Shown piece by piece: positions 19,384 to 27,375 of a stretch of DNA of 64,000 nucleotides. The translations under genes and the position numbers were made by a program. This DNA comes from an uncultured Chloroflexia bacterium. Lineage in GTDB: Bacteria; Chloroflexota; Limnocylindria; Limnocylindrales; CSP1-4. Below the pieces are notes generated by a model that worked only from the letters and a program-made list of their open reading frames with translations, did no database searches and was not told the DNA's origin. The DNA is taken from the NCBI GenBank assembly GCA_963764975.1, contig CAVXUF010000002.1:75894-139893 (forward strand), in the 5' to 3' direction. The stretch's first letter is position 1, and every line of letters starts with the position of its first letter.

Positions 19384-19409
19384 CGGTCGGCCTTTCAGCG
19401 GGCCGACCG
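19384..19409 (-). promoter_or_regulatory. GC-rich hairpin abutting the start codon of the first sulfur-operon gene
   Basis: On the mRNA strand: CGGTCGGCC-CGCTGAAA-GGCCGACCG-ATG. This is a 9-bp perfect stem whose 3' arm ends at the ATG; the only purine-rich SD-like stretch (GAAAGG) lies in the loop and 3' arm. Confidence 0.35.
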
Positions 19410-19545
19410 TCGCCGGCCTCGTGGACCGAGCATCGCCGCAGGCGGGCCATTCCGGCCACGGCCGCGGGTCACGACTCGATGGGCCGGACGGCAGGGTCCG
19501 GCGGTCCGGGCAGTCGCGGGCGAGAGGCCGTCGATTCGTCGTGGG

Positions 19546-19581
19546 TCACGCGCGTCACGCCGGGCGGGACACGCGCGTCAC
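19546..19581. promoter_or_regulatory. Direct repeat of CACGCGCGTCAC (each containing the palindrome ACGCGCGT), candidate operator pair
   Basis: Copies at 19547..19558 and 19570..19581, 23 bp centre to centre, in the 340-bp region upstream of the sulfur operon. Confidence 0.3.
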
Positions 19582-19722
19582 ACCAGCCGAACGCGGTCTC
19601 CTCCCCGCGTGAAGCCCTCGGTCCTCCCCCGGGGGCTTCGCCTTGTCCGGGGCGCGGAGCGGCGCGGAGGCGCGGAGCGGAGCGGCGCGGAAGCGGGCGA
19701 CCCGCCGCCTGCCGGCCCGGCG

Positions 19723-22545
19723 TCAGGAACGCCCGGCGAGCCGTCGCAGCACGGCGGGCATGATCCCGCCGCCCGCGTAGTAGTCGACGTCGATCGGGCC
19801 GTCGAGACGCGCGATGACCTCGAAGCGTCGCTCGCGCCCGTCGCCTCCCGCCGCTTCGTCGGCGTGCGCGACCACGGTCACGCGCTGGCGCGGCGTCAGG
19901 CCATCGGCCAGACCGTGGATCGCGTAGGTCTCGCGGCCCGTCAGTCCCAGCGACGAGGCGCTGTCCCCGGGCGCGAACTGGAGCGGCAGGACGCCCATCC
20001 CGACGAGGTTCGAGCGGTGGATCCGCTCGTAGCTCTCCGCAAGGACGGCGCGGACCCCGAGCAGGGCCGTTCCCTTGGCGGCCCAGTCGCGCGATGACCC
20101 GGAGCCATACTCACGCCCGGCGATGATCAGCAGCGGGACCCCCGCCTCTGCGTAGCGGACCGAGGCGTCGTAGATGAACGCCTCCTCACCGGACGGCAGG
20201 AACGCCGTGTACGGGCCCTCCTTGTCGCCGGCGAGCCGGTTGCGCAGCCGGATGTTCCCGAACGTCCCGCGGACCATCACTTCGTGGTGACCGCGACGGG
20301 CGCCGTATGAGTTGAACTGGGTCGGTGTCACGCCGCGGGCCTGGAGCCACTGGCCGGCAGGGGACCACGGCGCGATCGATCCGGCGGGGGAGATGTGATC
20401 GGTCGTCACCGAGTCGCCGAGGACGGCCAGCACCCGGGCACCTTCGATGTCCGCCGCCGCTGCTCCACCCGTCGCAAGCCCGTCGAGGAACGGCGGTCGT
20501 GCGATGTACGTGGAGTCCGGGTCCCAGGCGTAGCGCTCCCCGTCCGGGATCGCCAGCGCGCGCCAGCGCTCATCGCCCTCGAAGACGGTGGCGTACGTGC
20601 GCCGGAAGAGCTCTGGGTCGATGGATGCGCCGATCACGGTCCGGATCTCGTCGGGCGATGGCCAGATGTCGGCGAGGAAGACCGGTCGACCGTCGCGGCC
20701 GGTCCCGAGCGGTTCGCTGGTCAGGTCGATGTCGACCCGTCCCGCGAGCGCGAACGCGACGACGAGGGGCGGCGAAGCCAGATAGCTGGCCCGGGCGAGC
20801 GGGTGGATTCGACCTTCGAAGTTGCGGTTGCCCGACAGGACCGCGGCGACGATCAGGTCGTTGGCTTCGACGGCCGCGGCGACCGCCGCGTCGAGCGGAC
20901 CGGAGTTGCCGATGCACGTGGTGCAGCCATAGCCGGCCAGCGCGAACCCGAGCGCCTCGAGTGGCGCCATGAGCCCGGCCGCTTCGAGATAGCCGGTCAC
21001 GGCCCGGGAGCCGGGCGCGAGCGACGTCTTGACCGTGGGGGAGACGCGGAGCCCGGCCGCCACCGCGTTCCGGGCCAGCAAGCCGGCCCCCACCATCACG
21101 GTCGGGTTCGAGGTGTTCGTGCAGGACGTGATCGCGGCAATGGCCACGGACCCCGTCCGGATGGTCGTCGTCTCGTCGCCGACGCGGACCTCGACCGGGC
21201 GGTAGTCGCGCCGGTCGGGCTCGGTGCGGCCAGCCACCACCGGGTCCGCCGATGGGGACGGCGCGGCGCTTGGATCATCGGCCGGGAACGACGGGGCGTC
21301 CGATGCCGGGAACGAGGCGTCGGACGATCCTTCGACCTCGGTCGCGGGCTCGGCCGGTGGCTCGAGACCGTTCGGGTAGTTGGACCGGAAGTTCTCGCGC
21401 AGGACGTCGAGCGGCACGCGGTCCTGGGGTCGCCGCGGACCGGCCACCGACGGCACGACGGACCCGAGATCGAGGGTGAGGGCCTGGTCGAACGTGGGGC
21501 CGTCCCCGGGCAGGCGCCACAGGCCCTGCGCGCGGGCGTAGGTCTCCACGAGGGCGACCCGCTCGGGCGATCGCCCGGTCAGGCGCAGATAGGCGAGGGT
21601 CTCGTCGTCGATGGGGAAGAGCGTCGCCGTCGCCCCGAACTCGGGGCTCATGTTGCTGATCGTGGCCCGATCGGCGAGCGACAGTGAGGCCAACCCGTCT
21701 CCCGCGAACTCCACGAACGCCCCGACGACGCCATGCGAGCGAAGCATTTCGGTCACGACCAGGACCAGGTCCGTGGCCGTGGATCCCTGCGGGAGGGCGC
21801 CGGTCAACCGGACCCCGACCACCGTCGGCATCGGCTGGTAGAGCGGCTGACCCAGCAGGACCGCCTCCGCCTCGATGCCGCCGACCCCGTAGCCGAGGAC
21901 TCCGAGCGCGTTGATCATCGTCGTGTGCGAATCGGTCCCGACGAGCGTGTCCGGGAAGGCGACCCCGTCTCGATCGTCGACGACCGGTGCGAGGAACTCG
22001 AGATTGACCTGGTGGACGATGCCCGTGCCCGGCGGCACGATCCGAAGATCACGGAAGGCAGTCTGCGCCCAGCGCAGGAGCTGGTAGCGCTCGACGTTGC
22101 GCTCGTATTCGCGCTCGACGTTGAAGGCGAACGCGTCGCCCGTCCCGAACCGGTCGATCTGCACCGAGTGGTCGATCACGAGATCGGCTGGAACGAGCGG
22201 GTTCACGAGGCCGGGGTCCCCGCCGAGCGACGCCATGGCATCGCGCATGACCGCCAGATCCACGATCGCCGGGACGCCGGTCAGGTCCTGGAGGATGACC
22301 CGCGAGGGCATGAACGGGATCTCCGCCTCCGCCGCGACGCCGGGTCGCCACGAGGCGAGCGTCTCGACGTCCTCGGGGCGGACGAGCCCGCCGCCCGCGT
22401 GTCGTACGGCGTTCTCGAGGAGGATCTTGATCGTCACCGGGGCCGTCGCCAGGTCCAGTCGATCGGCCAGGACGGCCAGCCGATAGTGGTCAGGCAGGCC
22501 TGGGCCGAGTGGCGCCCGGGCGCCGAAGGGATCCGATGCTGACAA
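19723..22545 (-). CDS. acnA: Aconitate hydratase A
   Basis: 940-aa AcnA/IRP-type aconitase with the Fe-S cluster cysteine contexts ..ITSCTNTSNP.. and ..GCTTCIGNSG.. and a swivel domain at the C-terminus. Confidence 0.95.
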   Translation of the reverse strand: MSASDPFGARAPLGPGLPDHYRLAVLADRLDLATAPVTIKILLENAVRHAGGGLVRPEDVETLASWRPGVAAEAEIPFMPSRVILQDLTGVPAIVDLAVMRDAMASLGGDPGLVNPLVPADLVIDHSVQIDRFGTGDAFAFNVEREYERNVERYQLLRWAQTAFRDLRIVPPGTGIVHQVNLEFLAPVVDDRDGVAFPDTLVGTDSHTTMINALGVLGYGVGGIEAEAVLLGQPLYQPMPTVVGVRLTGALPQGSTATDLVLVVTEMLRSHGVVGAFVEFAGDGLASLSLADRATISNMSPEFGATATLFPIDDETLAYLRLTGRSPERVALVETYARAQGLWRLPGDGPTFDQALTLDLGSVVPSVAGPRRPQDRVPLDVLRENFRSNYPNGLEPPAEPATEVEGSSDASFPASDAPSFPADDPSAAPSPSADPVVAGRTEPDRRDYRPVEVRVGDETTTIRTGSVAIAAITSCTNTSNPTVMVGAGLLARNAVAAGLRVSPTVKTSLAPGSRAVTGYLEAAGLMAPLEALGFALAGYGCTTCIGNSGPLDAAVAAAVEANDLIVAAVLSGNRNFEGRIHPLARASYLASPPLVVAFALAGRVDIDLTSEPLGTGRDGRPVFLADIWPSPDEIRTVIGASIDPELFRRTYATVFEGDERWRALAIPDGERYAWDPDSTYIARPPFLDGLATGGAAAADIEGARVLAVLGDSVTTDHISPAGSIAPWSPAGQWLQARGVTPTQFNSYGARRGHHEVMVRGTFGNIRLRNRLAGDKEGPYTAFLPSGEEAFIYDASVRYAEAGVPLLIIAGREYGSGSSRDWAAKGTALLGVRAVLAESYERIHRSNLVGMGVLPLQFAPGDSASSLGLTGRETYAIHGLADGLTPRQRVTVVAHADEAAGGDGRERRFEVIARLDGPIDVDYYAGGGIMPAVLRRLAGRS

Positions 22546-22624
22546 CGCGTCCGACCTCGCTGGCTCGCTACACTCGATGCGTGGAAGCGTACCGCGACCC
22601 GCCGGCCGACGCGGCCGACGGCCG

Positions 22625-23668
22625 ATGAGGGCCTGGGGCGACCTGCCCGGCGACGATCCGAAGCGCGACCGCGCGCAGACGGAGGCGGCGCTGGACGCCG
22701 CCGGGATCGACCTCGACCCGACGCCGCCGGGCTTCCATCGCCACGGCGACGACCTGCACGCCTCGGACCACCAGCATCCGCACCACCATTCCGAGCCTGG
22801 TCAGCCACCGGTCATCGGGATCGTGGGCGCTGGTGCTGTCGGGACGGCCCTTGGCGTCGCCCTGACGCGGGCCGGCTGGCCGATCCATGCGGTGGCCAGT
22901 CGTGATCCCGACCGCCGTGACCGGTTCAAGGCGCTCGTCGAGGGTGCGCGCGGGTTCTCCGAGGCCCAGGCGCTCGTGGAGGAAGTGGAGCTCGTCATCG
23001 TGGCCATCCCCGACGACGCGGTCGCGCCGCTCGCGGCCGGGATCCGCCTCTACGGCGGGCAGGCGATGATCCACACCAGCGGAGCGCTCGGTGCCGAGGT
23101 GCTGGCGCCGGCGCAGGCGGCGGGCACCCAGGTCGGGTCATTCCACCCGCTCGTGGCCTTCGCCGACACGGAGCGCTCCGTCGCGGCGCTCCAAGGCGCG
23201 ACGATCGCCATCGAGGGTGATGCGCAGCTGCTGTCCCTCCTGGCCGACATGGCCGAAGCGATCGGGGCGAGACCCGTCCGGCTCCCACCCGGATCAAAGG
23301 CGGCCTATCACGCCGCGGCCGTCCTCGCGGCCGGGGGGTTCGTCGCCCTGCTGGACGCGATCACCGAACTTGGTCGCGTCGCCGGGCTGGACGAGTCCGC
23401 GTCGCTCGCGATCTACGGCCCTCTCATCGAGTCGACGCTGGGAAACGCGCGAGCGCTCGGCGTCGCCGCCGCGTTGACCGGCCCGCTGGCCCGAGGCGAC
23501 GTGGGCACGCTGCGCGCCCACCTTGAGGCCCTCGAAGCCCATGCCCCGTCGGCCCTGGCGCTCTACGGTGTCCTCGCGGAGCGCGAGGTGGCGCTGGCCG
23601 AGGGGCGTGGCTCGCTGGCACCGGAGCGGGCCGCTGAGCTGCGTGACACGCTTGCAAGGCCGGACTGA
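22625..23668 (+). CDS. Rossmann-fold NAD(P)-binding protein with DUF2520 C-terminal domain
   Basis: IGIVGAGAVGTALG dinucleotide fold, ..SFHPL.., ..YHAAAVLA.., ..LTGPLARGD.. ATG 22625 was chosen because third-position GC is high from there on. His-rich N-terminal extension (HRHGDDLHASDHQHPHHH). Confidence 0.7.
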   Translation: MRAWGDLPGDDPKRDRAQTEAALDAAGIDLDPTPPGFHRHGDDLHASDHQHPHHHSEPGQPPVIGIVGAGAVGTALGVALTRAGWPIHAVASRDPDRRDRFKALVEGARGFSEAQALVEEVELVIVAIPDDAVAPLAAGIRLYGGQAMIHTSGALGAEVLAPAQAAGTQVGSFHPLVAFADTERSVAALQGATIAIEGDAQLLSLLADMAEAIGARPVRLPPGSKAAYHAAAVLAAGGFVALLDAITELGRVAGLDESASLAIYGPLIESTLGNARALGVAAALTGPLARGDVGTLRAHLEALEAHAPSALALYGVLAEREVALAEGRGSLAPERAAELRDTLARPD

Positions 23669-23688
23669 ACCGGTACCATAGCGTTCCC

Positions 23689-24012
23689 ATGGAACACAGC
23701 ATCGCCGCCAAGTACGCGGCCCGGCCGGCGGCCCACTTCGTGCGCCCGTCGGTCCGCACGCGCGAGCGGCGTCTCGGCCTCCACCCGCTCGGGGCGTTCC
23801 GGGCCGCCGCGGAGCGCGCTACCGTGCTTCGGCAGCCGGACGTGGCCCCGTTGACCAGGCTCCGGGCGCGCTGGCGCTCGATCCAGCCGGCCACGGTCAC
23901 CCGGCGTGCGGACGGGCGTCCGAGACCGCAGGTCGCCATGGTCTGGGCGCGATCCGGTCGTCCCGGAGCCGTCCGACGGGCGGGCGCCTCCGCGGCGCCG
24001 TGGCGCGCCTGA
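23689..24012 (+). CDS. Hypothetical Arg-rich protein (uncertain)
   Basis: Only support is a strong third-position GC bias in this frame over the first ~75 codons. No recognisable family; overlaps the Nudix start by 13 nt. Confidence 0.3.
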   Translation: MEHSIAAKYAARPAAHFVRPSVRTRERRLGLHPLGAFRAAAERATVLRQPDVAPLTRLRARWRSIQPATVTRRADGRPRPQVAMVWARSGRPGAVRRAGASAAPWRA

Positions 24013-24455
24013 GGGCCGCGACCGCCACATCAGCCGGCGGCATCGTCGTTCGCCATGCGGGCGGCGCCCCGTGGCTGGTCATCGGCAGTCGTCGACGTGA
24101 GCGGGACGGGCGGACCTGGACCCTGCCGAAGGGCACACCCGAGGCCGGCGAGTCGACCGAGGAGACCGCCATCCGCGAGGTCATGGAGGAGACGGGTCTC
24201 GAGGTGCGGATCACGGGCCCGCTCGACTCCATCGAGTACTTCTTCGTCCAGTCCGGCACGCGGATCCACAAGACCGTCCACTACTTCCTGATGGAGCCGG
24301 TGGGCGGCGATCTCGCCGGTCACGATCACGAATTCGACGAGGTCCGCTGGATCCGGTTCGATGAGGCGTCGGCGACCCTGACCTTCGAGACGGAGCGCCT
24401 CCTGGTGGCGCGCGCCGCGGCCATCCTGGCGCCAGATACGGTCGGCGCGGGCTGA
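24000..24455 (+). CDS. Nudix hydrolase
   Basis: Nudix box GESTEETAIREVMEETGLEV (Gx5Ex7REUxEExGU); ..WTLPKG.. upstream. Confidence 0.85.
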   Translation: MARLRAATATSAGGIVVRHAGGAPWLVIGSRRRERDGRTWTLPKGTPEAGESTEETAIREVMEETGLEVRITGPLDSIEYFFVQSGTRIHKTVHYFLMEPVGGDLAGHDHEFDEVRWIRFDEASATLTFETERLLVARAAAILAPDTVGAG

Positions 24456-25573
24456 TGGGGGACGAGCCCGCCGCATCGCCGCCGCTGACGACGCCGCTGG
24501 CCGATCGACACGCCGAGCTTGGTGCGCGCCTGATCGACTTCGCCGGCTGGCTGATGCCGGTCCAGTACACGTCGATCATCGACGAGCATCGCGCCGTCCG
24601 CGAGCGAGTCGGCCTGTTCGACCTCTCGCACATGGGGGAGCTGTTCGTGGAGGGCGCGGACGCGGGCGATGGCCTCGCGGCGGCCCTCGTCTCGGATCCG
24701 CGGACCCTGGCGGTCGGCCGGGCGCAATACTCGATGATCTGCGCCCCGGACGGCGGCATCATCGACGACCTCATCGTGTACCGGCTGGCCGATGACCGGT
24801 TCCTCGTCGTCGCCAACGCGAGCAACGCCGGTGTCGTCTCGGACGCCCTGGTCACTCGCCTGGCGGGGACGCGCGCGGTCCTCGACGATCGGTCGCTGGC
24901 CACTGGCCTCGTGGCGATCCAGGGGCCTCGCTCGCGTGACGTCCTCCAGCCGCTGACCGCCGTGGCCCTCGCGGACCTGCGCTACTACGCGATCGCCGAG
25001 GGAGCGGTCGCCGGCATCCCGGCCCTCGTGGCGCGGACCGGCTACACCGGCGAGGACGGGTTCGAGGTGTTCATCGATACGGCGCGGACCGTGGAACTGT
25101 GGGACGCCCTCGCTGAGGCCATGCGAGCCGCTGGTGGCGTCCCGGTCGGCCTGGGTGCGCGCGATACGTTGCGCCTCGAGGCGGGGATGCCGCTCTACGG
25201 CAACGAACTCGACCGCGAGACGACGCCGTTCGAGGCGGGTCTGGGTCGCGTGGTCAAGCTCGAGAAGCCTGGCGACTTCGTCGGCCGCGCGGCGCTGGCC
25301 CGCGCGGCAGCGGACGGACCGCGCAAGCGCCTCGTCGGGCTGGTCGTCGAAGGTCGCGGGATCGCGCGCCACGGCTATCCGGTCCTTGTCGGGGAGCGAC
25401 GGACCGGTGTGGTGACGAGCGGGACCCAGTCGCCGACCCTGGGCCAGCCCATCGCGATGGCGTATGTCGCACCCTCGGACGCCGAGGCAGGTACGATCGT
25501 CGACATCGAGATCCGCGGGGCGCCGGTGGCCGCCCGCGTGGTCCCCCTGCCGTTCTACCGGAGGCCAAGCTGA
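24455..25573 (+). CDS. gcvT: Glycine cleavage system aminomethyltransferase (T protein)
   Basis: ..FAGWLMPVQY..SIIDEHRAVRERVGLFDLSHMGE.. and ..ARDTLRLEAGMPLYGNEL..; TGATG junction with the Nudix stop. Confidence 0.95.
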   Translation: MGDEPAASPPLTTPLADRHAELGARLIDFAGWLMPVQYTSIIDEHRAVRERVGLFDLSHMGELFVEGADAGDGLAAALVSDPRTLAVGRAQYSMICAPDGGIIDDLIVYRLADDRFLVVANASNAGVVSDALVTRLAGTRAVLDDRSLATGLVAIQGPRSRDVLQPLTAVALADLRYYAIAEGAVAGIPALVARTGYTGEDGFEVFIDTARTVELWDALAEAMRAAGGVPVGLGARDTLRLEAGMPLYGNELDRETTPFEAGLGRVVKLEKPGDFVGRAALARAAADGPRKRLVGLVVEGRGIARHGYPVLVGERRTGVVTSGTQSPTLGQPIAMAYVAPSDAEAGTIVDIEIRGAPVAARVVPLPFYRRPS

Positions 25574-25574
25574 C

Positions 25575-25958
25575 GTGAGCGTTCCCGCGGACCTGCGATA
25601 CACGAAGGACCACGAGTGGGTCCGAACCGACGGCGACGAGGTCATCGTCGGGATCACAGCCTACGCCGCCGACCAGTTGGGCGACATCGTGTTCGTGGAC
25701 CTGCCCGCGGCCGGTCGCGCGCTCAAGTCCGGCACGACGTTCGGGGTCGTCGAGTCGGTCAAGGCCGTCAGCGACCTGTTCTCGCCGATCGACGGCGAGG
25801 TCGTTGCCGTGAACGATGGCCTGACCGGCAGCCCGGAATTGGTCAACAGCGACCCGTATGGCGACGGCTGGATGTTGCGTCTCCGTCCCGCCGACCCGAC
25901 CCAGCTCGACGAGCTGTTGGACCCCGGCGCCTACGACGCGCTCACCGCGGCGGGCTGA
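25575..25958 (+). CDS. gcvH: Glycine cleavage system H protein
   Basis: ..YTKDHEWV...GITAYAADQLGDIVFV.LP and the lipoyl-lysine context VESVKAVSD. GTG start 1 nt after the gcvT stop. Confidence 0.9.
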   Translation: MSVPADLRYTKDHEWVRTDGDEVIVGITAYAADQLGDIVFVDLPAAGRALKSGTTFGVVESVKAVSDLFSPIDGEVVAVNDGLTGSPELVNSDPYGDGWMLRLRPADPTQLDELLDPGAYDALTAAG

Positions 25959-25968
25959 CCCACCGACG

Positions 25969-27375
25969 ATGCCATACGGACCGCATACCGCCGGCGATCG
26001 CGAGCGCATGCTCGCGGCGATCGGCATCGCGTCGATCGATGAACTCTTCGCCGACATCCCCGCGGGTCTCCGCGCGTCGCCGTTGGACCTGCCGCCCCCG
26101 GAACCGGAGCTGGAACTCGCCGCAAGGCTGACCGCGCTCGCCGGCCGGAACCGGACCGACCTCGATTCCTTCCTGGGCGCGGGCGTCTACCGGCACTGGA
26201 GCCCGCCAGCGGTGGATCAGCTGCTGCTCCGCGGCGAGTGGTACACGGCCTATACGCCGTACCAGCCCGAGATCAGCCAGGGCACGCTCCAGAGCATCTA
26301 CGAGTACGAATTGCTCATCGCAGAGCTCGTCGATCTTGACGTCGTCTCGGCGTCGCACTACGACGGCGCGGCAGCGACGGCCGAAGCCGCGCTCATGACG
26401 TGCCGGGCGACCGGCCGGGACCGCGTCCTCGTGAGCCGTGGCGTCCATCCCCACTATCGCGAGACGCTGCGGACCTACTTCGGCGGCGGACTCGTGCTCG
26501 AGGAGATCCCGCTCGTCTCGGACGGAGAGGCTGCCGGGACGACGGACCTGGTCGCACTCGAGCGGATGCTGGCCGAGGCGGATCGGCCGGTGGCCGGCGT
26601 CGTCGCGGCCCAGCCGGACTTCTTCGGGTTGCTCGAGCCGATGCCCGCGATCGGTGACCTTGCTCACGCCGCCGGCGCGCTCTTCGTGGCGGTGATCGAG
26701 CCGGTCAGCCTCGCGGTCCTCGCTCCTCCCGGGGCCTACGGCGCCGACATCGCCGCAGGCGAGGGGCAGCCGCTCGGGATCGCGCCGCAGTACGGCGGTC
26801 CGTACCTCGGGCTCCTCGCCTCCACCGACGCGCTTGTCCGCCAGATCCCGGGCCGGCTCGTGGGGATGACCACGGACCTCGACGGCCAACGCGCCTTCGT
26901 CATGACGATGCGGGCACGCGAACAGGACATCCGCCGCGACAAGGCCGCGAGCAACATCTGCACCAACCAGGCGCTGCTTGCCCTCGCCGCGTCGATCTAC
27001 CTCGCGGTGATCGGGCCGCACGGGTTGCGCGATGTGGCCGCGAACGGCGCCGCCAAGGCTCGCGAACTGGAACTGGCCCTCGAGGCGGCAGGCGCACACC
27101 GTGTCCACGCCGGTCCGTATCTCAACGAGTTCGCGGTCCGCGTGCCGGACGCCCGGGCCGTCCATCGGCGACTGCTGGAGCACGGGGTCCTCGCCGGACT
27201 CGTGCTGGACGAAGCGATCCCCGACGAGCCGTCGCTCGCGGATGCCCTGCTGGTCTGCGCGACGGAAGTGACCACGAGCGCCGAGATCACGCGGTTCGCG
27301 ACCGCGATGGCGGCCGTCCTCGGCGATCGCCCCCAGGTCGGGGCCGGGACCGGCGCCGACGGGAGCGCCCGATGA
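25969..27375 (+). CDS. gcvPA: Glycine dehydrogenase (decarboxylating) subunit 1
   Basis: MPYGPHT..DRERMLAAIGI.SIDELF.DIP.., ..YTPYQPEISQGTLQ..; ATG at 25969. Confidence 0.9.
   Translation: MPYGPHTAGDRERMLAAIGIASIDELFADIPAGLRASPLDLPPPEPELELAARLTALAGRNRTDLDSFLGAGVYRHWSPPAVDQLLLRGEWYTAYTPYQPEISQGTLQSIYEYELLIAELVDLDVVSASHYDGAAATAEAALMTCRATGRDRVLVSRGVHPHYRETLRTYFGGGLVLEEIPLVSDGEAAGTTDLVALERMLAEADRPVAGVVAAQPDFFGLLEPMPAIGDLAHAAGALFVAVIEPVSLAVLAPPGAYGADIAAGEGQPLGIAPQYGGPYLGLLASTDALVRQIPGRLVGMTTDLDGQRAFVMTMRAREQDIRRDKAASNICTNQALLALAASIYLAVIGPHGLRDVAANGAAKARELELALEAAGAHRVHAGPYLNEFAVRVPDARAVHRRLLEHGVLAGLVLDEAIPDEPSLADALLVCATEVTTSAEITRFATAMAAVLGDRPQVGAGTGADGSAR

Noticed and set aside
19651-19700. Short degenerate GC-rich tandem repeats (GGCGCGGAGC-like) considered as a CRISPR or minisatellite.
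   Set aside because: Units are ~5-10 nt and imperfect, without spacers. They are far too short for CRISPR and are interpreted as low-complexity 3' UTR sequence of acnA.
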